Shown in pieces: positions 1 to 8,674 of a stretch of DNA of 41,420 nucleotides (position 1 is its first letter; the number at the start of each line of letters is the position of its first letter). The translations under genes and the position numbers were made by a program. Below the pieces are notes generated by a model. It was not told the origin of the DNA. It worked only from the letters and a program-made list of their open reading frames with translations, and did not search any database. This DNA comes from a virus (taxonomy: Duplodnaviria > Heunggongvirae > Uroviricota > Caudoviricetes): positions 1 to 41,420 of the IMG/VR virus record IMGVR_UViG_2721755647_000003; one strand, 5' to 3'.

Positions 1-1257
1 GTGCTTACCGATACAAAATTAAAAAACCTCAAGCCGCAGGACAAACTGTACAAAGTCTCCGATCGTGACGGGCTGTATGTAGCTGTGCTTACGTCAGGTA
101 CGGTCTCGTTTCGCTATGACTACCGTATCAACGGTCGCCGCGAAACACTGGTAATTGGGCAGTATGGGCGTGACGGTATCAGCCTGGCAGAAGCGCGAGA
201 AGAACTGATTGCTGCAAAGAAGCTGCTTAAAGCAGGCCAGTCACCGGCTGCGGCTAAACGTGACGGTATCAAAAAGATTCGTGGTGCCGAGACGTTTGCG
301 GTACATACCGACAGTTATATGAAACACGTCATCCTGGCTGACAGTACCCGCGCAATGAAGCAGGCGGTGATCGACCGTGACATACTTCCTGTTCTTGGTA
401 ACAAAATGATGGCTGAAATTACCACATCGATGGTTCGTGATTTGTGTGACCGGATTGTCGAACGCGGCGGCCGGGCAACAGCAGTGCAGGCCAGGGAGAT
501 CATCAGCAGCGTATACCGTCATGCCAATGACCGTGGTCATGGTTTGTTTAATCCTGCTGCTGACATTAAACCTTCGTCTATCGCCATATTTAAACCACGA
601 GAGCGAACACTGACACCAGAAGAAATTGGTCTGTTCTTCCGCACGCTGGATGCCATTGGTGCTATGGGCACTATGAAAATGGCTTTAAAGCTGGTGCTTA
701 TCACTATGGTTCGTAAAGGCGAATTCACCAATGCAACGTGGGACGAAATAGATTTTAAAAAATGGACATGGACAATTCCTTCAGACCGCATGAAGGGAAG
801 CCGGGCGCACGTTATTTACCTGCCTAAACAGGCACAGGATATATTGGTCGGGCTGCAGATGTGCGCTGGTGGAAGTGAATATCTGGTTCCTGGTCGTTAC
901 AACTTCCGGAAGCCATTATCTAATGCCGCGCTGAACTCTCTGATCGACAGAACGGTGAAAATAATAAATGAAAATGGTGAGCATATTCAGGACTTCACCG
1001 TACACGATATGCGCCGTACAGCCAGTACGTTATTGCATGAGGCTGGTTATCCTTCAGACTGGATTGAAAAGGCTCTGGCACATGAGCAGAAAGGTGTGCG
1101 CGCCGTATATAACAAAGCGGAATACGCCAGACAGCGCGCCTACATGTTGCAGCAGTGGGCAGATATGATTGATTCCTGGATTGACGGGGAGCATACGGAT
1201 CTGATTCCGTTCTCCCCGTCGAAGTTTGAGAAGTGGATGGAAGACAGTAATAAATAA
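1..1257 (+). CDS. int: Tyrosine site-specific integrase (P4-like), 418 aa; first codon at window edge, true start may lie 1-2 codons upstream
   Basis: Uninterrupted ORF from GTG at position 1; N-terminal LTDTKLKNLKP...DGLYVAV segment typical of P4-type integrases; C-terminal HDMRRTAST (HxxR) and VYNKAEY (catalytic Tyr) motifs. Confidence 0.9.
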   Translation: MLTDTKLKNLKPQDKLYKVSDRDGLYVAVLTSGTVSFRYDYRINGRRETLVIGQYGRDGISLAEAREELIAAKKLLKAGQSPAAAKRDGIKKIRGAETFAVHTDSYMKHVILADSTRAMKQAVIDRDILPVLGNKMMAEITTSMVRDLCDRIVERGGRATAVQAREIISSVYRHANDRGHGLFNPAADIKPSSIAIFKPRERTLTPEEIGLFFRTLDAIGAMGTMKMALKLVLITMVRKGEFTNATWDEIDFKKWTWTIPSDRMKGSRAHVIYLPKQAQDILVGLQMCAGGSEYLVPGRYNFRKPLSNAALNSLIDRTVKIINENGEHIQDFTVHDMRRTASTLLHEAGYPSDWIEKALAHEQKGVRAVYNKAEYARQRAYMLQQWADMIDSWIDGEHTDLIPFSPSKFEKWMEDSNK

Positions 1258-1259
1258 TT

Positions 1260-1919
1260 CTATCCTTCCTGGACTTTGGTAAGCGTCAGATTTCCGCAGA
1301 ACACTGCGCCGGTGTCGATGTACATTTGGTTTGCATACACCAGTGGGTGATGTGCTGGCGTATGACCGAAGATGAACAAATCGGCACCGGTTATCTCCGA
1401 GACAATACCGTCCTGCGCGTCGCTAACCCGCTCACGATTCCATATCACCATTTCTTCCGGTACTGGCTTATCGAATGCGTATTCGTTGTGCGGGTAGTCT
1501 GCGTGGCAGATGACGACCTTCTTATTGCCGGTAACCAGTTCGATAATCATCGGGAGGTTGGTAACCTTTGGCAGAAGGTATTTGAGTTGCACATCCTGCT
1601 CAGAATCAAGTTGGTGCCACCATCCACCGCCGTTTGACATCCAATGTCCGAAACTTCCGCCGTTGACCAGTGCATCCAGCATCATCTGCTCATGGTTGCC
1701 ACGAACAGCTCGGAACCACGGCATAGTAATCAAATCCAGGCATTCGACGTTTTCAGCGCCGCGGTCAACAAGGTCACCAACGGAAATAAGCAAATCGCGC
1801 GCCGGGTCGAATGAAACTTTGTCGAGTTCGTTCATCAGCAGCGTGTAGCACCCATGCAGATCGCCGACGACGAAGATATTGCACCAGTCAGCGCCATTGA
1901 TGCGTTGATATAGGTTCAT
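1260..1919 (-). CDS. Ser/Thr protein phosphatase, lambda-PPase-like metallophosphoesterase (219 aa)
   Basis: Metallophosphatase motifs GDLHG, GDLVDRG and GNHE all present; ATG at 1919 chosen (MNLYQ...) with GGGAG upstream; start overlaps stop of upstream gene (ATGA). Confidence 0.85.
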   Translation of the reverse strand: MNLYQRINGADWCNIFVVGDLHGCYTLLMNELDKVSFDPARDLLISVGDLVDRGAENVECLDLITMPWFRAVRGNHEQMMLDALVNGGSFGHWMSNGGGWWHQLDSEQDVQLKYLLPKVTNLPMIIELVTGNKKVVICHADYPHNEYAFDKPVPEEMVIWNRERVSDAQDGIVSEITGADLFIFGHTPAHHPLVYANQMYIDTGAVFCGNLTLTKVQEG

Positions 1920-2566
1920 GCTGCACGCTCCCGCCCCTGGTTGTCTGTTGGTGACAGCGGAGCATTGCTGAATGCATTTGTTAATCCGCCGATATCCAAC
2001 GCGTATCCAGGGTGTAGTTGCACTGCCGGGTCTTCGCACTGATTACCCCAAACATCGAAGCCATGAGACGTCTGGCGGGCGAACAGTTCAATGCGAGAAA
2101 CATCGCCTAATAATTGCACAAGTTTTTCACGAACGATATCTGGCTTTCTTGAATGCTCAAGCCGCGGTGCGGTAAATGACTGAACGATCCCTGCATTAAT
2201 GCGCGTAGGTAGTTTTCCCTTTACCGCAAACAGGCAATCTTCACTATTGGCGCGAGTCATGTGTCCCATACCCATAACCAGTTTATCTGGTTGTCGACTA
2301 CCACATTTTATCCACGTGAATCCCTTCATGGTCATCAGACGGAATCCCCAGGCCTCAACAACTTTTAGTGCTTCGAGTGGTTGTGTTGGCACCCACCACA
2401 TGGCCAACAGACAGTTTTCATCGGCCAAATCCCACACAGGAAGGCGGCAGATATCCAGCACACTCATAACCGGATATTTAAAACCGGCACCGCGATTACC
2501 ATCTGCGGCTTTGTCCCGGTATACCCAGGGTGGATCTGCATAGATTAGTGTGTATTTCTTAGTCAT
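1916..2566 (-). CDS. DNA N6-adenine methyltransferase, MT-A70-like (216 aa)
   Basis: DPPW catalytic motif (IYADPPWVY) near N-terminus; ATG at 2566 preferred over GTG at 2578; translationally coupled to the phosphatase gene. Confidence 0.8.
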   Translation of the reverse strand: MTKKYTLIYADPPWVYRDKAADGNRGAGFKYPVMSVLDICRLPVWDLADENCLLAMWWVPTQPLEALKVVEAWGFRLMTMKGFTWIKCGSRQPDKLVMGMGHMTRANSEDCLFAVKGKLPTRINAGIVQSFTAPRLEHSRKPDIVREKLVQLLGDVSRIELFARQTSHGFDVWGNQCEDPAVQLHPGYALDIGGLTNAFSNAPLSPTDNQGRERAA

Positions 2567-2810
2567 AAACCACCCCACAACATCCTATGCCGCTATAGTC
2601 GCCACGGCGAAGGCCGTTACCTTTTGTGATACATTGGTCCCTGCGAACCGCGATCCTTGCACGCTCAACATCACCAGAAGCAACATCCATACACTGAAGC
2701 CAAAGGTGAGCGGCAATGCGGAACTGCCCTTTTTTCTCTCTTTCAATCGCGCGTTTTTCGATCTCTATCGCCGCAGGAGTAACGGCGACAATCTTTGACG
2801 GACTGCGCAT
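2559..2810 (-). CDS. Hypothetical small protein (83 aa); start uncertain (alternatives at 2825 or GTG 2858)
   Basis: ORF in track; ATG at 2810 preceded by AAGG; 3' end overlaps the methyltransferase start. Confidence 0.4.
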   Translation of the reverse strand: MRSPSKIVAVTPAAIEIEKRAIEREKKGQFRIAAHLWLQCMDVASGDVERARIAVRRDQCITKGNGLRRGDYSGIGCCGVVYD

Positions 2811-2967
2811 TGAAACCTTGTTCATGTGATATTTTTCAAGTCGGCTTAACTTTCTCACTTAATCCAACCCTCTCTGAAAATTAATGCCAGCAGATAAAGC
2901 CATGCTGAAACAGAGGCCAGGAATAAGTACCATCCTGACCATTTGCTCCAGTGCCTTAGCAGCACAC

Positions 2968-3216
2968 TCATGCCGCGTTGCTCACGGGACGATATACACG
3001 TTGCTGAACATGAGGTTTTTTACCCTGGAACTCTACCGGGCTTGCTGCCTGACGTTCATCAAGCCAACGCTCAACTTCATCACGGTTCCATGCGCAGCGT
3101 TTATCGGTGATATACCATCGTTTAGGAAATTCCCCTGCGCGCTCCATACGGTCGATAGTGCTCCATGACAGTGGAACCACCGCCAGGAGTTCCTTCTTAC
3201 CTAATGCACCTTTCAT
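2968..3216 (-). CDS. AlpA-family HTH regulator / excisionase-like protein (82 aa)
   Basis: Segment LSWSTIDRMERAGEFPKRWYITDKRCAWNRDEVERWL matches the AlpA/Xis-type winged HTH; position next to the integration module. Confidence 0.8.
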   Translation of the reverse strand: MKGALGKKELLAVVPLSWSTIDRMERAGEFPKRWYITDKRCAWNRDEVERWLDERQAASPVEFQGKKPHVQQRVYRPVSNAA

Positions 3217-3265
3217 AAATACCTCTCTTGGTTGCAGTGCGGCGCGCGTGGCGCCGCGGTGGTGG

Positions 3266-4207
3266 TTACATAGATGTTTCGTTTAATTCTTCCCGACGAA
3301 CGCTGTAAACGTCGGTGGCTTTTGCCAGCAGTTCGTCATCATCTGAAAGTTTTTGTGCAATGTATTTGTAAGCCTTATCCAGTTCGGAGACAGTGCTGTA
3401 ATTCATCGCTGCGCTGGTAAAGGCCATCAGCATTTCTTCTGGATCACGGCTGTCCGATTTACGCGTTTGCTCATCAGGCTTTTTCGCTGGTTTAGCGTTG
3501 ATCAGACTGTTCATTCCCGCAGCAGTGGTCGTTTGCGGAGTAATGTCTCGCTCAACGCGCGGTGCCGTTTCCTGTAATTCGTCTGGGGTGTAGACGCCCA
3601 TGATTACGTCAGGACAGTGCAGGCGAGACCAGCGTTTTGTCGCAAGGTATGCGAGTTGTTGTTTCGGATCACTGGCCCAAAGTGTGGAGTTTCTTACCTG
3701 TGCTTGAGACAGCATTAACTCAAGCACTCGAGGTTGATCCTCGCCCTTCATGGTTGCCCATACGCGAACACCGCAGCCTTCTTCGTCTTTTAGAGTCCAG
3801 CCTGGTGCGATATATGGATTGCCGTTTTTGGATGTTTTCTCAACAAACTTACCGATCACGCGTTCCCACGGCCCGAACCACTCGTAGTTGATGCGATCTT
3901 TTGTTGGCGACATCGTTGAGATAACTGCGTTTACTAATTGGGCTTCATAACCTAGCGTGCCGTTCACAACATGGGTTTTCTGAGCCACGGCAAACGGGTT
4001 CATTCCCCACTGCGCAGCCTGCATTGCCACGGCCATGCAATCAGCTGGTTTCCCGGCGAGGTGCGCCGGTACCGTTACGCGGCTTTGCGCCATTACCTCG
4101 GCGAATTTCATCAGTTGGTTCAAGCCGTCTGGGCTGAAAATAGTTGCAGCAGTTCCAGCGATTGCTGTGTCTACTGGTGCGTTGATGTTTGCGATGTCGT
4201 TGCTCAT
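3266..4207 (-). CDS. recT: RecT/Bet-family single-strand annealing protein (313 aa)
   Basis: Resemblance to RecT/Red-beta proteins including an ERDITP segment; ATG at 4207 overlaps stop of upstream exonuclease gene (ATGA); typical partner gene order. Confidence 0.8.
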   Translation of the reverse strand: MSNDIANINAPVDTAIAGTAATIFSPDGLNQLMKFAEVMAQSRVTVPAHLAGKPADCMAVAMQAAQWGMNPFAVAQKTHVVNGTLGYEAQLVNAVISTMSPTKDRINYEWFGPWERVIGKFVEKTSKNGNPYIAPGWTLKDEEGCGVRVWATMKGEDQPRVLELMLSQAQVRNSTLWASDPKQQLAYLATKRWSRLHCPDVIMGVYTPDELQETAPRVERDITPQTTTAAGMNSLINAKPAKKPDEQTRKSDSRDPEEMLMAFTSAAMNYSTVSELDKAYKYIAQKLSDDDELLAKATDVYSVRREELNETSM

Positions 4208-5025
4208 ATGTACATATCCTGTTTGCGTGCCCACTCAGGGCGTTTAATGATTTCCACACCGCCCCATTCATCATTGATGCGGCATTCGTGATAGGTATTC
4301 AGATCCCGGCGGAACAGAGCGTGCCCGGCATCGACATCCTGCGCATCCAGCTCGAACACGCGTACCGGATACCGACCACAATCAATGCTTTCGCTCACGG
4401 CAAGAAAGAAAAAACCATGCGGCTGACCAGTAACCCTCATTGCGCCTTCGCGGTACATTGCGTCCTGCACGTGGTAGCGGAATTCCTCGATGTGGCGTGC
4501 AAAACGGTCCATATCTGCAACCTTTTTCACGTCGACGATCACGTTGTGCTCGTTCAGCCATTTGTCTGGACGAATTCGGCACAACTCCCCCGTCTCTTCA
4601 TCGTTCCAGTACATTGATGCTTCGCAGTAACCAGGTGCTTCCAGCATCCAGCGTGCCGCCGGGTGAGCCATTGCGCTATCACGCATCAGCTCCAGTTTCC
4701 GCCACTGCTCGGCATCAAGTACCGTAATCCCCATATCCGCCACATCACGAAGAAATTCCTCTTCGTCAGCTTTACCTTGTTTCGTCCGACGATCGAATTT
4801 CGGTGAAACAATGAAGCGTTTGTCGAACTCTCCAGGCTCCAGAAGCAGACAGTGCAATGCGGTTCCCATATCCAGTGCAGACTTTTTCTCTTCGTCTTCT
4901 GGTGCTGCCTGAACCCATTTAAGAAGCGCCGGATTCTTGGCAACCATGTCCAGTTGCGACTTACTCACGCCGTCACCGGCGTGGTAGTCTTCGTTGCTGA
5001 TGTCTAAATAAATTCCCGGTTTCAT
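4204..5025 (-). CDS. PD-(D/E)XK-type recombination exonuclease (RecE C-terminal domain / YqaJ-like), 273 aa
   Basis: N-terminus MKPGIYLDISNEDYHAGDGVSKSQL typical of phage exonuclease VIII-like nucleases; immediately upstream of and coupled to the RecT-like gene. Confidence 0.7.
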   Translation of the reverse strand: MKPGIYLDISNEDYHAGDGVSKSQLDMVAKNPALLKWVQAAPEDEEKKSALDMGTALHCLLLEPGEFDKRFIVSPKFDRRTKQGKADEEEFLRDVADMGITVLDAEQWRKLELMRDSAMAHPAARWMLEAPGYCEASMYWNDEETGELCRIRPDKWLNEHNVIVDVKKVADMDRFARHIEEFRYHVQDAMYREGAMRVTGQPHGFFFLAVSESIDCGRYPVRVFELDAQDVDAGHALFRRDLNTYHECRINDEWGGVEIIKRPEWARKQDMYI

Positions 5026-5321
5026 GCCGCGTCCCTCTGCCCATCAAGCTGATCAGCCAGATCCCAGCGGGCGATAATTGCCATTGCCTCGCGCCGGTAG
5101 GCATCCATTAGTTCTTCGAACTCAGGGCTGTCTTTAGCGGCCTCCAGTACTTCCTGGCGAACGCCTTTAACTGTTACAACGTCGAAAGTTGATGCCAGTT
5201 GATGAAGCCGGATACTCTCAATCAGTTCAACTTGTCGGTCATATAGCTGTTCTGACAGACGGTAGTCCTTGTCGAATGCCAGCATGATTTTTTGAAGATT
5301 TTTCTGCTGATTAACGTTCAT
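5022..5321 (-). CDS. Hypothetical early protein (99 aa)
   Basis: ATG at 5321 (MNVNQQ...) preceded by GGGAGGG; stop overlaps exonuclease start. Confidence 0.55.
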   Translation of the reverse strand: MNVNQQKNLQKIMLAFDKDYRLSEQLYDRQVELIESIRLHQLASTFDVVTVKGVRQEVLEAAKDSPEFEELMDAYRREAMAIIARWDLADQLDGQRDAA

Positions 5322-5323
5322 TA

Positions 5324-5476
5324 TCAGCCCTCCCATATCTCGTTATCGTTGGCCACATCGCGAGCTTCTTTGCTGACGAAAGCCCACTTAATGCCTTCCT
5401 GTAAGGTGCGGAACTTCCAGCTCATGAATCCGCATGCAGTTACGCAGTACCAACCGTTGATGATTTTCCACTGCAT
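5324..5476 (-). CDS. Small Cys/Trp-rich ORF (50 aa), not in the ORF track; possible Kil-like early-left protein
   Basis: ATG at 5476 to TGA at 5324, read by hand (MQWKIINGWYCVTACGF...); GAGG upstream; first ORF downstream of the PL-like operator cluster. Confidence 0.3.
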   Translation of the reverse strand: MQWKIINGWYCVTACGFMSWKFRTLQEGIKWAFVSKEARDVANDNEIWEG

Positions 5477-5482
5477 AACTTG

Positions 5483-5572
5483 TTACCTCGGTCTGTTACC
5501 GTTGAGGTAATAATTATGCGTATATGGTTTGATGTCAATAGATATGAGTTAAAAAAATTACCCGTTAGGTAA
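5483..5572. promoter_or_regulatory. Left operator cluster: half-site TTACC at 5483, perfect TTACC-N5-GGTAA at 5496-5510 and 5558-5572
   Basis: Exact inverted repeats read from sequence; lie between the repressor gene terminator and the leftward early genes, the PL/OL position. Confidence 0.55.
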
Positions 5573-5583
5573 TCGAATAGGCA

Positions 5584-5607
5584 ATAAAAAAGCCGCCATA
5601 AGGCGGC
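5584..5607 (-). terminator. Intrinsic terminator downstream of the repressor gene
   Basis: Minus strand reads GCCGCC-TTAT-GGCGGC followed by TTTTTTATT. Confidence 0.6.
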
Positions 5608-5629
5608 TTACTTACTGAAAAATATGGTT

Positions 5630-6214
5630 TTATTGTTTGTTTTTTTCGTTCTGGTTGATGACAAATTCAATGTAACTTTCGATCTTTGCTTTCTCGGTTT
5701 CGGGTAACAATGCGTAGCGCGAGCGATCATAGTTGATGGTCGCAGGGTCGTGCGGGTGAATCAGTAATTCATAGCCGTGACGCCCGAATGCGGATGCAAC
5801 ATTCTCCAGGGTGGAAATGGAAACGCTGACCTCATTGTTTAACAGGCGGCTGATTGTCACCTGGGCTACGCCGGATGCGCGGTGAAGTTTTCCCTGTGTT
5901 GAAAGGTCGCGGCTTTCGCTCATCCAGCGTTCCAGGTTGTGAGCCGCCAGCTGGCCAATGTCGCTTGGGCCGACAGGCTGAAAACCTTCCTGAGAAAGCG
6001 AGCGATCGATATCAAGCCAGTTACGGGGTTTATTGGCGGCAGCTTCAATTTTTCGTGCAACCTGGTCGCCGATAACCTTCTTGCCAAGAGCCCAGCGGTT
6101 TACCAGATTTGCCTGAGTTCCAAGTTTTTCAGCCATCCGCGTCTGAACACCATTGAATTCACGGTCGATCAAGTCGTTGAGATTTTGCCTGCGGACGTCC
6201 TGGATACTTTTCAT
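5630..6214 (-). CDS. Prophage repressor, CI-like, with two HTH (XRE-type) segments and no recognisable S24 peptidase domain (194 aa)
   Basis: HTH-like segments MAEKLGTQANLVNRWALGKK and VAQVTISRLLNNEVSVSISTLENVASAFG; divergent from a Cro-like gene; no GDSM-type Ser/Lys autocleavage motif seen. Confidence 0.75.
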   Translation of the reverse strand: MKSIQDVRRQNLNDLIDREFNGVQTRMAEKLGTQANLVNRWALGKKVIGDQVARKIEAAANKPRNWLDIDRSLSQEGFQPVGPSDIGQLAAHNLERWMSESRDLSTQGKLHRASGVAQVTISRLLNNEVSVSISTLENVASAFGRHGYELLIHPHDPATINYDRSRYALLPETEKAKIESYIEFVINQNEKNKQ

Positions 6215-6269
6215 TTTCTGGAAAATCGCCTCATATATGAATCAGTAGATGATTCAATTTAAAGCAATA

Positions 6270-6332
6270 TTACCCAACAGGTAAATGCACCCCACAGGTA
6301 ACTATCCTTGATTTTTGTTACCTTATGGGTGA
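6270..6332. promoter_or_regulatory. Right operator cluster between repressor and cro-like genes: perfect site 6270-6284, half-site about 6295, imperfect site 6318-6332 (GGTGA)
   Basis: TTACC-CAACA-GGTAA and TTACC-TTATG-GGTGA in the 154-bp divergent intergenic region. Confidence 0.6.
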
Positions 6333-6368
6333 ATATTTATTATCTGAAATAAATATCAGGCAATAGCT

Positions 6369-6599
6369 ATGAGCGATAACGGACATTTCGATTTCAAAAA
6401 GCACTGGCTTGCACTTACTCCGGATGAGCGTGAAGCCTTCGCACAGGAAGCCGGAACGACGAGTCACTATATCCAGACTCACTTAACAGGTAAGCGCAAA
6501 ATGCCAGGTAAGGTATTGATGAATGGGCTTTTTAAAGCCTGTAAAACAAGACAATGGCTGCGCTCAAAAGCAGAATTGGCATACTTCTTCTACTCATGA
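6369..6599 (+). CDS. Cro-like / YdaS-type small HTH regulator (76 aa)
   Basis: Small basic ORF divergent from the repressor; sequence resembles YdaS/Cro-family proteins of Rac-like prophages. Confidence 0.65.
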   Translation: MSDNGHFDFKKHWLALTPDEREAFAQEAGTTSHYIQTHLTGKRKMPGKVLMNGLFKACKTRQWLRSKAELAYFFYS

Positions 6600-6621
6600 T
6601 ATCCAGCCACAACCCTCTGTA

Positions 6622-6645
6622 GACCGCCATCCGGCGGTCTTTTCA
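6622..6645 (+). terminator. Intrinsic terminator after the cro-like gene (tR1 position)
   Basis: GACCGCC-ATCC-GGCGGTC followed by TTTTCAT; a near-operator GTACC-TCAAA-GGTAA follows at 6655-6669. Confidence 0.5.
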
Positions 6646-6749
6646 TATCTATTCGTACCTCAAAGGTAATAAAAAACCAAATCTGGTTGATCTTTTTTTT
6701 GTGTCAGCACAAAATGACCGTAATCCCAATACTAATAACAGGGCTTACC

Positions 6750-6950
6750 ATGGAAATCATTACACGTATTGATGCCGCAAAGCGCGGACTTAAACGCTAC
6801 TACACCGGAAAAACATGTAAGCACGGACATGACAGTGAACGCTGGGTTTACAACGGACACTGTGTTGAGTGCACCATGGAATCAAACCGTCGTATCAGGG
6901 CAGAGATTAAGCAGATCATGATTAATTCCTCCCCACAACATTCAAGCTGA
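6750..6950 (+). CDS. Small zinc-ribbon-like protein (66 aa) in the cII position; function unknown
   Basis: CKHGH...CVEC Cys/His cluster; ATG at 6750 chosen over upstream ATGs that lack an RBS. Confidence 0.45.
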   Translation: MEIITRIDAAKRGLKRYYTGKTCKHGHDSERWVYNGHCVECTMESNRRIRAEIKQIMINSSPQHSS

Positions 6951-6965
6951 TAGCGGAGATTAATC

Positions 6966-7775
6966 ATGAGCAGACATGCAACAGATTGGGCCTGGGAGAC
7001 AGATCCAGGTAGCTCATCATTAAAGCTCATACTGCTCTCGATGGCTGACAGAGCCGATGAATATAACCTCTGCTACCCCAGCATAGAACGCCTCGTTAAA
7101 GACACTTGCCTGAATAAAAAAACCGTGCAGGCCGGGCTTATATCGCTCATGAAAATGGGGCTTATTTCAGATACCGGAGAGAGAAAGGGAGCGACAAAAA
7201 GAGTGCGGGTTTTCTCTCTTAATATAACCAAAAACGGGAACATTAAAGGCAACCGGGAGGGGGGCAATGAACCCGAAAACGGGAATATACCCGAAAACGG
7301 GAATATACCCGAAAACGGGAATATACCCAAAAACGGGATGTTGAATGATCCCAAAAACGGGATCCAGAACCAGTCATATAACCAGTCATTTAACCAAGAG
7401 AGGGAGAGCAGGACAAAAAGCGGGGATTCTGTGCCTCATGACCCCGGAGCAAACAACGCCGTGATGAATAACTTTGTTCCTCCTGGTGGGCCAGGGCAAT
7501 TAGGCAAATTTGTCATGCATGAACAATGGCAGCCATCAGATGACTTTCTTCGGAAAAGCTCATTGCAGGGGATCTACCTGGACAGTCTGCCAACGGCACA
7601 GGAACTTGCAGAGTTCAGAATTTACTGGATGGCTGAGGGTAAGGCATACCATCAGGCACAGTGGGAGCAGAAGCTGGCAAGGCGGCTGCAGATTAGCAGA
7701 CAGAAGCAATCAACATTACCTGATAACAACGTTCCGCACTGGAACAGCCCTGAAGCATGGGAGGATTTCTTGTGA
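6966..7775 (+). CDS. Replication initiation protein, lambda O-like (N-terminal winged HTH, internal repeat linker, DnaT-like C-terminal domain), 269 aa
   Basis: N-terminal DWAWETDPGSSSLKLILLSMADRADEYNLCYPSIERL replication-protein HTH; C-terminal region DnaT-like; internal ENGNIP repeats encoded by the iterons. Confidence 0.8.
   Translation: MSRHATDWAWETDPGSSSLKLILLSMADRADEYNLCYPSIERLVKDTCLNKKTVQAGLISLMKMGLISDTGERKGATKRVRVFSLNITKNGNIKGNREGGNEPENGNIPENGNIPENGNIPKNGMLNDPKNGIQNQSYNQSFNQERESRTKSGDSVPHDPGANNAVMNNFVPPGGPGQLGKFVMHEQWQPSDDFLRKSSLQGIYLDSLPTAQELAEFRIYWMAEGKAYHQAQWEQKLARRLQISRQKQSTLPDNNVPHWNSPEAWEDFL
7228..7367. repeat. Iteron array inside the O-like gene (putative origin of replication): about six copies of CC(C/A)(G/A)AAAACGGGA, three of them perfect 18-bp tandem units
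   Basis: Tandem CCCGAAAACGGGAATATA at 7272-7289, 7290-7307, 7308-7325; degenerate copies at 7228, 7326, 7350. Confidence 0.7.
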
Positions 7776-8557
7776 ACAACGTTTTTACCGCGATACAAAA
7801 CCGTGACGGAGAAGCCCTTTCTCGCATGTCAGGTTATGAGCATCAGTACGTCAACAATGACAATGTGGTGAACATGTCAGCAGAGAGGCTTGTTGATGCC
7901 CTTTTTAAACAGCTGAAACAACTGTTTCCGGCGGCAGTGGTAACCAACCTGAAGACGCCAGAGCAGGAAGTTGCTGCAAAACAGCAGTGGATTGCTGCGT
8001 TTGCCGAAGGGGGGATCCGAACCCGTGAACAGGTTTCTGCTGGTATGCGCCACGCCCGCGCCAGTGAATCTCCGTTCTGGCCGTCTCCAGGGCAATTTAT
8101 CAAGTGGTGCAAAGACAGCAAGATGGTTCTTGGCGTCACCATTGACGATGTGATGGCGGAGTTTCACCGGTACAGCAAGGAAAAAAGTTTATATCCTGGT
8201 GGTCCCGAAAGATTCCCGTGGCGACATCCGGTTATGTACTGGGTCGTATGTGATACCCGCCGTGCAATGTATCAGCGCCAGCTTAGCGAGATTGAGGTTG
8301 AGAAACACGCACGCAGGCTGCTCGATGATTGGGCGAAAAAGGTGGCTTCCGGACAGCAGATACCCGATCCGGTGATCAGCATACAGGCAAAGCCAGAGCC
8401 CATGAGTACGCCTCCGGACACAGGGAGAGACGTTTACCATCCACCAGGGCGAAGTTTCGGGTGCATGCCTAACGCCGCCACCCTTGGGGGAATAACACCG
8501 GCGCAGTGGCTGATGGAGGAATACAGGCGGGGAAAGGCGGCAGGATTTATCAAGTAA
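7772..8557 (+). CDS. Replication protein P-like helicase loader (261 aa from GTG 7772; alternative ATG 7757)
   Basis: Segment QQWIAAFAEGGIRTREQVSAGMRHARASESPFWPSPGQFIKWCK parallels the conserved core of lambda P; GTG overlaps the O-like stop (GTGA) with GGGAGGA upstream. Confidence 0.8.
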   Translation: MNNVFTAIQNRDGEALSRMSGYEHQYVNNDNVVNMSAERLVDALFKQLKQLFPAAVVTNLKTPEQEVAAKQQWIAAFAEGGIRTREQVSAGMRHARASESPFWPSPGQFIKWCKDSKMVLGVTIDDVMAEFHRYSKEKSLYPGGPERFPWRHPVMYWVVCDTRRAMYQRQLSEIEVEKHARRLLDDWAKKVASGQQIPDPVISIQAKPEPMSTPPDTGRDVYHPPGRSFGCMPNAATLGGITPAQWLMEEYRRGKAAGFIK

Positions 8558-8594
8558 TACCAGCGCGATAGCGCATTTTTTTACGCCTCGACAA

Positions 8595-8671
8595 TTACCT
8601 GTTAGGTAATAAAATATTCTAAAATCTATTGATTTCGTGTCTTATGTGGTTTTTAATTACCTCAGAGGTAA
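8595..8671. promoter_or_regulatory. Two perfect TTACC-N5-GGTAA palindromes (8595-8609, 8657-8671) upstream of the nin-like operon
   Basis: TTACC-TGTTA-GGTAA and TTACC-TCAGA-GGTAA; the second ends 3 nt before the ATG at 8675. Confidence 0.55.
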
Positions 8672-8674
8672 ATC

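Noticed and set aside
5939-6262. 107-aa plus-strand ORF overlapping the repressor gene
   Set aside because: Antisense to the HTH repressor; no independent support
7073-7354. 93-aa minus-strand ORF with GIFPFSG repeats
   Set aside because: Reverse-strand translation artefact of the iteron repeats inside the O-like gene
7228-7367. Tandem 18-bp repeats as a CRISPR array
   Set aside because: Repeats are contiguous without spacers, lie inside a replication-protein gene and encode a peptide repeat; they are iterons
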